Assembly: GCA_046290225.1 (NCBI GenBank)
Contig: JBKAGE010000035.1
Coordinates: 320,001 to 384,000 of the forward strand
Length of the DNA: 64,000 nucleotides
Source of the DNA: Bradymonadia bacterium
GTDB lineage: Bacteria > Myxococcota_A > Bradymonadia > UBA7976 > UBA1532
Direction: 5' to 3'
Below are positions 1 through 9,748 of this stretch, one piece after another. The position numbers and the translations under genes are program-made. Under the pieces are notes generated by a model. That model was given only the letters and a program-made list of their open reading frames with translations, searched no databases and was not told where the DNA came from. Position 1 is the first letter of the stretch. Each line of letters starts with the position of its first letter.

Positions 1-289
1 TCCCCGGCCGGCTCGTGCTGCGATAACCCACGCAGTGAGCCGCGGTGATGGCCACGTCAGGGGCCACGAGGGTGGCGGTACATCCCGTGGACAGAGTGCC
101 CACCTCCGGGCGCTCTTCAGTGAGCTGGCCCCGCCTGATCTTGTCATCGAGGCTCTCGGTGAAGCCCTCGGGAGTGGCAGGAATCTCGACCACCTCGCCC
201 AAGGCGGTGGACTGGGTGCTCTCCCCACACCCGGTGAAGATGCCTGCGAGGATCACGACCGAGGTCGTGCCGGTGACGTATCGCAACAT
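1..289 (-). CDS. Trypsin-like (S1) serine protease lipoprotein, N-terminal part (runs off window edge)
   Basis: Not in ORF track. Manual translation gives MLRYVTGTTSVVILAGIFTGC (lipobox-like) ... GCTATLVAPDVAITAAHCVGY with the S1 TAAHC motif; GGAGG RBS upstream of ATG 289. Confidence 0.8.
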   Translation of the reverse strand, partial: MLRYVTGTTSVVILAGIFTGCGESTQSTALGEVVEIPATPEGFTESLDDKIRRGQLTEERPEVGTLSTGCTATLVAPDVAITAAHCVGYRSTSRPG

Positions 290-336
290 CGTGCTGTGCC
301 TCCAAGCCATGTCAAATGTACGGCCAGTGGCTTGAC

Positions 337-353
337 AGCAATGTGGATGCCAG
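337..353 (-). promoter_or_regulatory. Putative sigma54 (-24/-12) promoter of the protease gene
   Basis: Minus strand CTGGCATCCACATTGCT = TGGCA-N6-TTGC with exact GG-N10-GC spacing, 48 nt upstream of the ATG. Confidence 0.65.
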
Positions 354-466
354 GGTGTCAGGCACCTGTTTTCAACGTTTTAGCCCCCAACGTGAGACAC
401 AACAGCTCACCCACACGAACAACGTGTGCCATACACAGCACACACTCATACCTGCAAGATGTCTCG

Positions 467-1267
467 TCAGCCTTGTTGAATCAGCCGCTCGGGTCGTAGA
501 CGGCCCGCCTCGTCGAAGAGCGCCCGGGTCGTCGCCAGCACTGCGCCAAGCACCCCGACGGCTGTAGCACCCGCGATCAAACAGATGATGGCGATCTGAT
601 ACCGCGCGGCGAGACCAGGCGGTGTGCCGCCGAGCAGCTGGCCCGTCATCATGCCGGGGATGCTCACCACCCCCACCACAGTCATGGTGTTCATGATGGG
701 GATCAGCCCTGTACGGATCGACTCCGCGGCGACTGGGCGAGCCGCTTCCCATGGCGTTGCGCCATAGGCCAGCAGCGACTCGACCCGATCGCGGTGCTCG
801 TCGAAGAGGGCCAGACAACGGTCGAGACCGAGGCTGATCCCCGTGAGACCGTTCCCGAGGATCATGCCCAGGACCGGGATCAGGAAGCGGGGGCTCCACC
901 ACGGATCTGGCTGGATCACCAGGGTGGTGCCGATGAGGGCCGAGACCCCAGCGCCGAGGGCCAGAGATCCGAAGGTGGCCGGGCCCATGCCCCGCCAGCG
1001 ACGGCTCGGACGCTTGATCGCCGCTCGGGTGGCCATGAGCAGCATGGCCAGACACACCGCGAGGATCGGCAGAGGATGGCCCCACTGGAACACCGGCACC
1101 AGCACATAGCCCAGCAACAACAGTTGCACCACCATGCGGGTGACGGCGATGGCCAGCCGTTTGGTGAGGCCGAGGCGCAACCACACAGAGAGGCCGCCGT
1201 GCACCAACACCAGCGCGCCGGCGATGAGCAGGCTCGCCGGGCCGAGATCAGGTGCAGCTTCACCCAC
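467..1267 (-). CDS. fetB: ABC transporter permease, UPF0014/FetB (YbbM) family
   Basis: Multi-TM protein; R..VQL.L.GY, IPVLGMILGN, GATPWEA, GVVSIPGMMTGQLLGG..P..AARYQI motifs. Confidence 0.9.
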   Translation of the reverse strand: MGEAAPDLGPASLLIAGALVLVHGGLSVWLRLGLTKRLAIAVTRMVVQLLLLGYVLVPVFQWGHPLPILAVCLAMLLMATRAAIKRPSRRWRGMGPATFGSLALGAGVSALIGTTLVIQPDPWWSPRFLIPVLGMILGNGLTGISLGLDRCLALFDEHRDRVESLLAYGATPWEAARPVAAESIRTGLIPIMNTMTVVGVVSIPGMMTGQLLGGTPPGLAARYQIAIICLIAGATAVGVLGAVLATTRALFDEAGRLRPERLIQQG

Positions 1268-1898
1268 GGTAGTCTCCCAAGTTCAGATGACGCTCGCTCA
1301 CTCGAGCGCCTTGTTCCGGAGAATGAGTGACCCACACCAGCCGGCGTCCGATCAGATCCCGCTCCACAGCGAGGGTGGCCTCGGGGTCGAGGGCGCTCGT
1401 GGGCTCGTCGAGCAGCAACACCGACGGCTGTCGAGCGATGGCGATGGCCAGCGCAGCCCGTTGGCGCTCCCCTCCAGACAAGATGTGCCAGGGCTGATGC
1501 CACCGATCAGCAGCGAGCCCCCAATTCGACCCGAGCTTCACGGGATCACCCGCAGGCCACTCGGCTGAGCGCTGTTGTTGAACTTTGAGGACGTTGATCT
1601 GATCCACGAGCTCCGCGGGTGTGCCTGGATGGATCGCCGGGCTCTGAGGCACGTAGACCACCTCGGCCCGCCAACGCTGATGACCCCAGGATTCCGCGGC
1701 GCGGCCATCGAGGAGAATCTGCCCTGCAGCCTCTGGGATCAGGCCCGCGAGCATACGCAACAGCTGGCTCTTGCCCGAGCCCGAGGGGCCCTGGACCACC
1801 AGCACTTCGCCCTCGTCGAGGGCAAAATCAACCTCGCGAAAGAGAGGCCGATCGTCGATGACTCGTGACAACGCTCGCGCTTCGAACCGCACGCTCAC
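1260..1898 (-). CDS. fetA: ABC transporter ATP-binding protein, FetA (YbbL)-like
   Basis: Walker A GPSGSGKS, signature LSGGERQR, Walker B LLLDEPTSALD, VTH; overlaps fetB start; start moved to GTG 1898 (inferred). Confidence 0.85.
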   Translation of the reverse strand: MSVRFEARALSRVIDDRPLFREVDFALDEGEVLVVQGPSGSGKSQLLRMLAGLIPEAAGQILLDGRAAESWGHQRWRAEVVYVPQSPAIHPGTPAELVDQINVLKVQQQRSAEWPAGDPVKLGSNWGLAADRWHQPWHILSGGERQRAALAIAIARQPSVLLLDEPTSALDPEATLAVERDLIGRRLVWVTHSPEQGARVSERHLNLGDYRG

Positions 1899-1995
1899 TC
1901 CAGGGCTGCAGATGCGATCAACGATCTCAGGTGCTACTCTGCCAGGCCTCGAACCGCCAGCTTGGTATCGCTCTCGGGTCCACACAGGAGACTTC

Positions 1996-2982
1996 ATGAC
2001 CGCCACGGGTCCCAGCATCCGCCCCCGCCGCAACCGCAAATCCGCCCCTGTTCGTGCCTATCATCGCGAGACCCACCTGGGGCCGGAGCACTTCGTATAC
2101 CCGGTCTTCATCCACGACGGTGAAGGGGTCGAGGCCATCGGCAGCATGCCGGGCTGCAGTCGATTGTCCCTCGACGCGCTGATGGAAGAGGTGGGCGGCG
2201 CCATCGGCGAAGGCATCAACTCCGTGGTGTTGTTCCCCGCCATCGACGAGTCACTCAAGAGCTCTCGTGGCGAAGAGGCCTACAACCCCGAGGGGCTGGT
2301 ACAGCGAGCCATCAAGCGGCTCAAGGCCCAGTGGCCCGATCTCGTGGTGATGACCGATGTGGCCCTGGACCCCTACAGCAGCGATGGCCACGACGGCATC
2401 GTGTACGAGGGCCGCATCCTCAACGACGAGACGGTGGAGATCCTCTGCCGGCAGGCTCTGTCTCACGCCATGGCCGGCGCCGACGTCATCGCCCCGAGCG
2501 ACATGATGGATGGTCGGGTGGGCGCGATCCGCAGCACCCTCGACGCCGCGGGCTTCGAGGAGGTGTCGATCCTGTCGTACACCGCCAAGTACGCCTCGGC
2601 CTTCTACGGGCCCTTCCGAGATGCCCTCGACTCGGCGCCGAAGTTCGGTGACAAGAAGACCTATCAGATGGATCCCGCCAATAGCCGCGAGGCGCTGCGG
2701 GAGCTCGAGCTCGACGAGCTTGAAGGCGCCGACATCGTTATGGTGAAGCCCGCAGGGCCTTATCTCGATGTCATCCGCCGTCTGCGGGAGAACACCGCCC
2801 TGCCCATCGCCGCCTATCAGGTGAGCGGTGAGTTCGCCATGATCAAGGCCGCCTGCGAGCGCGGCTGGCTCGATGAGGACAAGGTGGTCCTCGAGAGCCT
2901 GCTGGCCATTCGCCGCGCCGGCGCCGACATCATCTTCACCTACTTTGCCCGTCAGGCCGCCCGCCTGCTCAAGGGCCAATGA
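1996..2982 (+). CDS. hemB: Porphobilinogen synthase (delta-aminolevulinate dehydratase)
   Basis: RPRRNR N-terminus, DVALDPYSSDGHDG (Asp-rich, non-Cys metal site), APSDMMDGR, SAFYGPFRDA, MVKPAGPYLD, AYQVSGE; AGGAG RBS before ATG 1996. Confidence 0.97.
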   Translation: MTATGPSIRPRRNRKSAPVRAYHRETHLGPEHFVYPVFIHDGEGVEAIGSMPGCSRLSLDALMEEVGGAIGEGINSVVLFPAIDESLKSSRGEEAYNPEGLVQRAIKRLKAQWPDLVVMTDVALDPYSSDGHDGIVYEGRILNDETVEILCRQALSHAMAGADVIAPSDMMDGRVGAIRSTLDAAGFEEVSILSYTAKYASAFYGPFRDALDSAPKFGDKKTYQMDPANSREALRELELDELEGADIVMVKPAGPYLDVIRRLRENTALPIAAYQVSGEFAMIKAACERGWLDEDKVVLESLLAIRRAGADIIFTYFARQAARLLKGQ

Positions 2983-3115
2983 CATCGACCTCTGAAAAGA
3001 CTTCTGGCCACAGCGTGTATCAACACTCTGTGTCGTACACTCTGCTCACGCGTCGCCACCCCACTGATCGTACACGGTCGAACGCTGTTCGCTGATCGCT
3101 CAGAAAGGAACCCCC

Positions 3116-4168
3116 ATGTGGATGAGAAACGCTCTGTTCTCGATGCTCGCCTTTGCCTTCATCGTGCCCTCCATGGGCTGCGGTGACGACAAGAAGCCCC
3201 CTGTCCGGCCGGTGGAAGGCCAGAGTTTCTTGATCGACGCCGAGGCCTTCGATCTCGAGACGGTGGTGGGCCTGGTCAAAGAGAACAAGGTGGCCAACGC
3301 CAAGGCCCTCGAAGAGACGATCAACGCCGACAACGGCATCAACAACGTCGATCTCGATAACGACAACCAGATCGATTACGTGCTGGTGCACGAGGAGCGC
3401 GAGAACAAAGACACCGTGCTCAACTTCAAGGCGGTGCCCTCGTCGAAGGGCAACGTCGCCGACGCGGTGAGCGTAGCCACGCTGAGGGTGGGTCCCAACA
3501 CCGCCGGCGATGGCCAGGTGCACGTGCGCGGCGGCTACCCGAACTACGTGCGGGGCTACAACAACTACTACTACAGCTACCATTCGCCCATGGCCACCGT
3601 CGGCACTGCCGCCTTCATGGTCTGGGCCCTCAACCACAGCCGCCCTGTGTACTACGCACCCATGGTGCCCTCGTACTACAGCTACCGGCCCATCTACAGC
3701 CGGTCGGTGCGCACCACCAAGCGCACCACCTACCGCACCCAGACCAGGGTGAGCCCCGTCAGCAAGGCCAGCCGGCCCTCGAGCTTCAAGCCCGCCACCA
3801 GCACCAAGACCGCCCAGCGCGTGAAGCAGAACCGGGTGAACCGCCCGAGCACCAGCACCACCAGCGGCAAGGGGCTCTCGAGCCGCTCCGGCAAGGCCAC
3901 CTCGTTCAGCAAGCAGACCGCCCCCAAGAGCACCGCCACGGGCTTCGGCTCCGGCAGCCGCTCTACCACCAGCGGTAGCCGCTCTACCACCAGCGGCAGT
4001 CGCTCCACCACCAGCGGATTCGGCTCTGGCAGCCGCAGCACCACCAGCGGCAGCCGCAGCAGCTTCGGGCGCTCGTCATCGAGCGGCAGCCGCAGCAGCT
4101 TCGGTCGTTCCTCTTCGAGCAGCAGCAGTCGTCGCAGCAGCTTCGGCGGCAGCCGGCGTCGGCGCTGA
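3116..4168 (+). CDS. Lipoprotein with Tyr-rich segment and long Ser/Arg/Thr low-complexity tail
   Basis: Signal ending PSMGC; INNVDLDNDNQIDY Ca-loop-like motif; C-terminal SGSRSTT repeats; AAGGA RBS. Confidence 0.75.
   Translation: MWMRNALFSMLAFAFIVPSMGCGDDKKPPVRPVEGQSFLIDAEAFDLETVVGLVKENKVANAKALEETINADNGINNVDLDNDNQIDYVLVHEERENKDTVLNFKAVPSSKGNVADAVSVATLRVGPNTAGDGQVHVRGGYPNYVRGYNNYYYSYHSPMATVGTAAFMVWALNHSRPVYYAPMVPSYYSYRPIYSRSVRTTKRTTYRTQTRVSPVSKASRPSSFKPATSTKTAQRVKQNRVNRPSTSTTSGKGLSSRSGKATSFSKQTAPKSTATGFGSGSRSTTSGSRSTTSGSRSTTSGFGSGSRSTTSGSRSSFGRSSSSGSRSSFGRSSSSSSSRRSSFGGSRRRR
3950..4060 (+). repeat. Coding tandem repeat of about 21 bp (SGSRSTT, about 4 copies)
   Basis: ggcagccgctctaccaccagc-like units seen directly. 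Confidence 0.8.
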
Positions 4169-4178
4169 GGAGAACCGC

Positions 4179-5267
4179 ATGAGCGCACAGAGCACCCGCC
4201 CCGAGTGGCAGCGGGAGATGATCTACATGACGGTGATCTATCGCCTCATGGAGCGCGGCGAGAAGCTGCACATCGTCGACATCGGCGAAGGTCATCAACA
4301 CATCGAAAAAGAGCTCACCGAGATGCTGGCCAAAGATCTGCTCCAGCACGAGGGTGAGCACTGGGCCCCCACCGAAAAGGGTCGCGAGTTCCGCGACAAG
4401 ATGGTGGCCATGTACGATCAGGTGCTGCACTTCGAGGTCTTCGCCCACGTCGATCTCACCCGGCAGCTCAGCGAAGAAGAGGGTGAGCGAGACGAAGAGG
4501 GTTTGATCCTCCACGTCTTCGATCACATCCACGATCCGCGCTTCGAGCCTTCGCCCAACGCCGCGGACATGCGACTGGCCATGCTCACGTTCTTGTCGGA
4601 GCGCATGGTGAGCGAGGGGCTCATCCAAGGGCAGATCGACCCCTACCGCATCGTGTTCCTGCAGAAGCTCGCCGACGGTGAGCTCAAGAGCGACGACTTC
4701 TGGCTGATGATGCGCACGGGGAAGTTCTTCCGCGAGGTGCAGGAGATCGCTGACTCGCAATACCGCTGGACCGACGTCTCCGACGACGAAGAAGAGGCGG
4801 CCTGGGTGATGGAGAACATCTACACCGCGGGCATGCTCGAGCAGCGCAAGCGTGACGGCTACCACTGCAGCAAGTGCGACAGCCCACTGGCCATCTTCGA
4901 AGCCCACGCCAAGGCCGACGGCGAGGCCTTCGATCACTGCTTCCACTGCGGCGCCGACTTCAGCCCCCCACCGCCTCCGCCGAACACTGCGGAGTTCGAA
5001 TGCCCCAATTGCGGCGGTGACGTGCACTCGGGGCAGCACCGCTGCACTTCGTGCGGCGCCCTGCTCGACTTCAGCCTGCCCGAGGGCACGGTGCATCAGA
5101 ACACCGTGAAGGAGACCACCTACGAGACCGAGACCTACGGGGGCTGGGGCCACGGGGGTTACGACTACTATGGCGGGTACGGCTACCAGCCGGTGGGCTA
5201 CTACGATCCGTGGAACCCCTTTGTCGCCGCTGTGGGCTTCGGAGTGCTCTGCGCGGTGATCTTCTGA
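4179..5267 (+). CDS. Hypothetical protein with double zinc-ribbon (four CxxC) and C-terminal Gly/Tyr-rich hydrophobic tail
   Basis: CSKC, CFHC, CPNC, CTSC; GAGGAG RBS; 10 nt after upstream stop. Confidence 0.75.
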   Translation: MSAQSTRPEWQREMIYMTVIYRLMERGEKLHIVDIGEGHQHIEKELTEMLAKDLLQHEGEHWAPTEKGREFRDKMVAMYDQVLHFEVFAHVDLTRQLSEEEGERDEEGLILHVFDHIHDPRFEPSPNAADMRLAMLTFLSERMVSEGLIQGQIDPYRIVFLQKLADGELKSDDFWLMMRTGKFFREVQEIADSQYRWTDVSDDEEEAAWVMENIYTAGMLEQRKRDGYHCSKCDSPLAIFEAHAKADGEAFDHCFHCGADFSPPPPPPNTAEFECPNCGGDVHSGQHRCTSCGALLDFSLPEGTVHQNTVKETTYETETYGGWGHGGYDYYGGYGYQPVGYYDPWNPFVAAVGFGVLCAVIF

Positions 5268-5303
5268 GCGGACGACCGTGCTGAAGGCACGGTCGTCCGC
5301 TCA
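5265..5303. terminator. Perfect 17-bp hairpin between convergent genes (likely bidirectional terminator)
   Basis: tgagcggacgaccgtgc-tgaag-gcacggtcgtccgctca; the stem contains both stop codons; no U-tract. Confidence 0.7.
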
Positions 5304-6107
5304 AGGCGACTCCCCCAGCTGCTTGTTCAGATCGCTGATGACCTGCTTCAACTGAGTGGCGTTCACCTCGGGGTTGCTCCGGGGCTTGAACTTCGGGTCG
5401 ATCTCCAGCGCCTTCACCCACGCATCCCGCATCCCGATGGCCGTCTGCGGCGTACGACGGCTCATGCGGGCATACGCCATGCCGATCTCGAAGTAGATGT
5501 CGGCGGTGGTGGCCCCCTCAGGGCCCCGGAAGCTCGGGGCGATTTCGAGGGTTTTGCCGAAGACCTCGATGCTCTTGCGCAACAGCGCGTCGTCATAGGG
5601 GCGCTTCTCGAGATATGCCCGGGCCAGGGTGAAGTGCGCCTCTGCAGAGGCGGGCATCAACTCGACCGCCTTCTCCAGAGCCTTGATGGCCCCTGGGCGC
5701 TGTCCGAGGGCGAGCAGCACGCGGCCGTGGCTCAGCTGCATCTGGCCATCTTCTGGGGCCATCTTCACCCCCTGAGCCAGCATGTTCTCCGCCTCGAAGG
5801 CACGATCAGCCTGCAACAACATCGGCGCCAGGATGCGGACCACATCTACCGGCACACCACCGCCGCGGAACTTGTCGGGGTGGGCCTCGACGAAGCGGAT
5901 CAGCAGTTCGGGCTGCTGCATGCCCTTCTCCACAACATCTTCGAGCTTCGGCGGTGGCAGTGGAGCCTTGAACGGCACCCGATCTGCCTTGGGTGGCGCT
6001 GCCATCTTCGGGCCCACCATGCCGTCGCCGTCTTTGGCAAACGCCTGGGAGGCGAGCGTCGGTGAGATCAGGGCGACCAGCGCGAGACCTCTGACCCATC
6101 GGGGCAA
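5301..6107 (-). CDS. Secreted tetratricopeptide-repeat protein
   Basis: C-terminal part of the 731-aa ORF; signal peptide-like PRWVRGLALVALISPTLASQAFA; TPR-like helices (AIKALEKAVELMPASAEAHFTLARAY); TTG start inferred. Confidence 0.7.
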   Translation of the reverse strand: MPRWVRGLALVALISPTLASQAFAKDGDGMVGPKMAAPPKADRVPFKAPLPPPKLEDVVEKGMQQPELLIRFVEAHPDKFRGGGVPVDVVRILAPMLLQADRAFEAENMLAQGVKMAPEDGQMQLSHGRVLLALGQRPGAIKALEKAVELMPASAEAHFTLARAYLEKRPYDDALLRKSIEVFGKTLEIAPSFRGPEGATTADIYFEIGMAYARMSRRTPQTAIGMRDAWVKALEIDPKFKPRSNPEVNATQLKQVISDLNKQLGESP

Positions 6108-6574
6108 GCGGCGAGCAGCTCCGCCACCGTCTGCTCGTGACCCGGCACCTGCACTTGTGGCGCCACATCGGCCCACGGCTGCAACACGAAGCGCCGTTGC
6201 GCCAGTAGAGGGTGAGGCAGCGTCAGCCGATCGTGCTGCACCACGTGCTGACCCAACATGAGCAGATCGAGATCGAGGGTGCGAGGGCCCCAGCGGACCA
6301 CTCTTTCTCGACCATGGTCCAACTCGATGGCCTGCAGCGCGTCGAGGATCTCGAGCGCCCCCACCTGGGTCTGAAAGCCCACGACCTGATTGAGAAATTC
6401 GGGCTGCGGCACTCCGCCCCAGGGCGGCGTCACGTACCGCGGGCTCTGCACCAGAGGCCCCGTGGCCAGCGGCGCCATCGCATAGATCGACGACTCCAGC
6501 CGTCGAGCCACCACCAGCAGAGTTTCGCCTTTGTTTCCACCGATGCTGATCCACGCCCATGTACTCCTCGACAT
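6068..6574 (-). CDS. folK: 2-amino-4-hydroxy-6-hydroxymethyldihydropteridine diphosphokinase
   Basis: AWISIGGN, QPEFLNQV, IELDHGRER..RWGPRTLDLDLL, LTLPHP....RRFVLQP. Confidence 0.92.
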   Translation of the reverse strand: MSRSTWAWISIGGNKGETLLVVARRLESSIYAMAPLATGPLVQSPRYVTPPWGGVPQPEFLNQVVGFQTQVGALEILDALQAIELDHGRERVVRWGPRTLDLDLLMLGQHVVQHDRLTLPHPLLAQRRFVLQPWADVAPQVQVPGHEQTVAELLAACPDGSEVSRWSP

Positions 6575-6613
6575 CGAACAATTCTCCGGGAAGGTACAGG
6601 GCCCTTCCCCGTG

Positions 6614-6643
6614 TTGACAACGCTGGGAGGCGCTGCGTACCGT
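6614..6643 (+). promoter_or_regulatory. Putative sigma70 promoter
   Basis: TTGACA-18 nt-TACCGT upstream of the DsbA-like gene. Confidence 0.45.
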
Positions 6644-6674
6644 GGCGCCCCTTGCATCGCACCCAGGGTAAGCC

Positions 6675-7529
6675 ATGCGCGCCGCTCCGACATTCTTCAA
6701 GATGCTTCTCACCGCTCTCATCGGCACCGGGCTGCTCGTCAGCAGCGCCGCCGCCCAGGGGCCAGCGCTGCCTGGCGTCGACCTGAAGGACATGGAAGCC
6801 GACGAGATCACCGCCCTCGCAGCACTGCTCAGCGAGGGCGCCTGCCCGTGCAACGCCAAGCTCAGCATCACCGAGTGTGTACAGCAGAAGAGCTGCGAGC
6901 GGGCCACCAACCTCGCCACCTACGGCGCTGACAAGTTCCGCGAGGGCTTCAGCACCGAAGAGGTCCGCGAGGCCGTGGTGAAGAAGTACCTCGACGACAA
7001 CGTGACCTTCACCTTCGACTTCAAGGGCAGCTACAAGAAGGGGGCCGACAACGGCCGGGTGGTCATCGTCGAGTACGCCGACTTCGAATGCCCCTTCTGC
7101 GGCATCATGAGCCGGGTGCTCAGCGACATCGTCAAAGCCCACCCCAAAGATGTCACGGTCTACTTCAAGCACTTCCCCCTGCCCATGCACCCCTACGGCG
7201 AGAAGGCCTCCAAGGCTGCCGTCGCCGCGGGCCTGCAGGGGCAGTTCTGGCCCATGCACGATCTCATCTTCGAGCATCAGGGCATGCTGAACGACCAGAA
7301 GTTCGTCGAGCTCGCGGGCAAGCTCGGCCTCAACGCCGAGCGGTTCAAGGTCGACATGGCGAGCCCTGCCGTCGCCCAGATCATCGAGCGCGATCGCAAT
7401 GAGGGCATCAAGAACCAGCTGACCGGCACCCCCACCATCTACATCAACGGGAAGCTGTACCACGAAGACAAAGCCCCCGACGCCTTCAAGAAGCATGTCG
7501 AGGGCCTGCTCAAGCGCTCCACCAAGTAG
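6675..7529 (+). CDS. DsbA/thioredoxin-fold oxidoreductase, secreted
   Basis: Signal peptide; EYADFECPFC, KHFPLPMH, QGQFWPMHD, GTPTIYING. Confidence 0.9.
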   Translation: MRAAPTFFKMLLTALIGTGLLVSSAAAQGPALPGVDLKDMEADEITALAALLSEGACPCNAKLSITECVQQKSCERATNLATYGADKFREGFSTEEVREAVVKKYLDDNVTFTFDFKGSYKKGADNGRVVIVEYADFECPFCGIMSRVLSDIVKAHPKDVTVYFKHFPLPMHPYGEKASKAAVAAGLQGQFWPMHDLIFEHQGMLNDQKFVELAGKLGLNAERFKVDMASPAVAQIIERDRNEGIKNQLTGTPTIYINGKLYHEDKAPDAFKKHVEGLLKRSTK

Positions 7530-7592
7530 CGCGCTGCTGGCTGCAGAAGCAGCGGCGATGCCGGGGCTGAAGACACGCCCTGGCGCTCCGGC

Positions 7593-8543
7593 TCAGCTGT
7601 TTTGGGCCCGGAACCATTCCACGAAACGCTTGATGCCTTCTTGCACCGTCACCTGTGGGTGGTAGTCCAACTCCGTCTTCGCCAGGCTCACGTCGGCGAA
7701 GGTGCGGCTCACGTCGCCAGGCTGTGAGGGCAGCTGATCAATGACGGGGGACTTGCCCAGGGCCTTGCCGATCTCGTCGATGAGGGCCTTGAGGGTGATC
7801 GTCTTCGACTCGCCGAGGTTGTAGATGCGATAGCCTTCGACCCGCTCGATGGCCGCCACCACGCCGTCGACGATGTCTTGCACGAAGGTGTAGTCCCGCG
7901 ACGAAGAGCCATCGCCGAACATGGGCACCGACTCACCGTTCTCGATGATGCGGGTGAACTTGTGGATCGCCATCTCCGGGCGCTGGCGGGGTCCGTACAC
8001 CGTGAAGAAGCGCAAGCAGCTCACGTGCATGTTGAAGAGGTGATGGTAGGTGTAGCAGAGCAGCTCGCCGGCCTTCTTCGTCGCCGCATAGGGCGAGATC
8101 GGGAAGTCGACGCGATCTGCCTCGCTGAAGGGCACCTTGTCCCGATCACCGTAAACCGACGAAGAAGAGGCGAAGACGAAGCGGTTCACGCCATCGGCGC
8201 GGCAACGCTCGAGCAGGTTGGTGGTGCCCTCGACGTTCACCTGCTGGTAGAGGCCCGGGCGCTCGATGCTCGGGCGCACGCCGGCCCAGGCTGCGAGGTG
8301 CATCACCCGCTCGGGCTTGAACCGCGCGAAGACCTGCTCGAGCAGATCGCGATCGAGGATGTCACCACGAACCAGCTCGAAGGCGTCATGCTGCAGCGCC
8401 GAGGCGATGTTGGCCTCTTTGATGGCCGGATCGTAAAACTCGTTGAAGTTGTCCAGGCCGAGGACCGAGTGGCCCATGGCCAGCAGTCGATCGACTAGGT
8501 TCGATCCGATGAATCCGGCGGCGCCGGTGACCAAAATGCGCAT
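7593..8543 (-). CDS. NAD-dependent epimerase (UDP-glucuronate 4-epimerase-like)
   Basis: ILVTGAAGFIGS, HLAAWAGVR, ASSSSVYG, SPYAATKK, LRFFTVYGPRQRPEMA. Confidence 0.92.
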   Translation of the reverse strand: MRILVTGAAGFIGSNLVDRLLAMGHSVLGLDNFNEFYDPAIKEANIASALQHDAFELVRGDILDRDLLEQVFARFKPERVMHLAAWAGVRPSIERPGLYQQVNVEGTTNLLERCRADGVNRFVFASSSSVYGDRDKVPFSEADRVDFPISPYAATKKAGELLCYTYHHLFNMHVSCLRFFTVYGPRQRPEMAIHKFTRIIENGESVPMFGDGSSSRDYTFVQDIVDGVVAAIERVEGYRIYNLGESKTITLKALIDEIGKALGKSPVIDQLPSQPGDVSRTFADVSLAKTELDYHPQVTVQEGIKRFVEWFRAQNS

Positions 8544-8866
8544 CTGACCTCCAATCAGGTCGCGATCTACCACGGAGTCGTGGCGTGATTAAGGGCTCTG
8601 ATTCTATTGCGCAAAAAACCCGCGCGCGCCGCTCGGCCTACAAAGTAGTCCACTTGACTACATACAACAACCCTCATCGATATCCGACGGATGATTTCAC
8701 CCTCGAAACCCTTTCGGGCCAATTCTCAGGCCAAAATTTGGACGTGAGCGCGATCTGGGCGCACACTCCGGATGTGAGGTCGAACACGGGGATTTTTCGG
8801 AGACCAATGGCCCTCGGGACCGCATGAAAAAAGGCCCTGCGCGGCCTTGGCCCCCTGCCTTTTTTA

Positions 8867-8896
8867 TTGACACTCCGGAAAATCCGCGATTAACCT
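8867..8896 (+). promoter_or_regulatory. Putative sigma70 promoter of the HU genes
   Basis: T-tract followed by TTGACA-18 nt-TAACCT. Confidence 0.55.
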
Positions 8897-8969
8897 CCGC
8901 CGCATTGCTCGTAACCCAGTTGTTTTACAGGTTTACTACCTAAACCAGAGGCCGTAGAAGGGGTGACCC

Positions 8970-9251
8970 ATGAAGAAGGCGGAACTCATTGCAGAGGTTC
9001 ATCAGTCCATTGACGGTGAGCTGACCAAGAAGAAGGTGGGCGAGATCATCAACGCGTTGTTCGACGCTGTTGGTGGCTCCATCGTCAAAGACGGCCGTTT
9101 CTCCGCGCCTGGCTTTGGCACTTTCACCGTGAAGACCCGTGCTGCTCGCACTGGCCGTAACCCCCGGACCAAGGAGACCATCCAGATCCCCGAGTCCAAG
9201 AACGTGGGTTTCAAGCCGGCGCCTGAGCTGAAGAACAAGGTCAACCAGTAA
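8970..9251 (+). CDS. hup: HU family DNA-binding protein
   Basis: MKKAELI, GFGTF, RAARTGRNPRTKETIQIP, FKP. Confidence 0.95.
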   Translation: MKKAELIAEVHQSIDGELTKKKVGEIINALFDAVGGSIVKDGRFSAPGFGTFTVKTRAARTGRNPRTKETIQIPESKNVGFKPAPELKNKVNQ

Positions 9252-9295
9252 TTGATCGGCCCTCTTCGGGTCTAAAAACTCAACGGAGAAGCAAA

Positions 9296-9574
9296 ATGAC
9301 CAAGCATGAGCTGATCGATGCAGTCCACGAGGCTGTCGGCGGTGACGTCTCCAAGCGCATCACCGGCGAGGTGATCGACGCCACTTTCAAGGCCCTCACC
9401 ACCGGTCTGGTGGGCGAGGAAGGCCGCGTGTTCATCCCCGGCTTCGGCACCTTCCAGGTGAAGTCCCGCGCCGCACGCACCGGCCGCAACCCCCGCACCG
9501 GCGAGGAGATCCAGATCCCCGCCAGCAAGACCGTGGGTTTCAAGGTCGCTGCCGGCCTCAAGGGCAACCTGTAA
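9296..9574 (+). CDS. hup: HU family DNA-binding protein (second paralog)
   Basis: MTKHELI, GFGTF, RAARTGRNPRTGEEIQIPA, GFK. Confidence 0.95.
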   Translation: MTKHELIDAVHEAVGGDVSKRITGEVIDATFKALTTGLVGEEGRVFIPGFGTFQVKSRAARTGRNPRTGEEIQIPASKTVGFKVAAGLKGNL

Positions 9575-9675
9575 GTCTCGGTGCCCTGGTGGCGTCGGCC
9601 AGCGGCTGGCGCCGCCTCCACACCTCCACCTGGCCGCCTCTCGTGGGCTTTGCCTGGTGATGTGACGAGGTGTTG

Positions 9676-9748
9676 ATCCCTCTGCAATGATTTGTAGGGG
9701 GATTTTTGATTTGTAGAGGGTGATGACAGATAGAGGTCTGTCATTTTT
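9676..9748 (+). terminator. Two consecutive intrinsic terminator-like hairpins after the HU genes
   Basis: atccctctgcaa/ttgtagggggat followed by tttt; atgacagat/gtctgtcat followed by tttt. Confidence 0.6.

Noticed and set aside
6108..7496. N-terminal 460 aa of the 731-aa ORF 5301..7496
   Set aside because: Overlaps folK in another frame and the DsbA-like gene antisense; only the TPR part looks real
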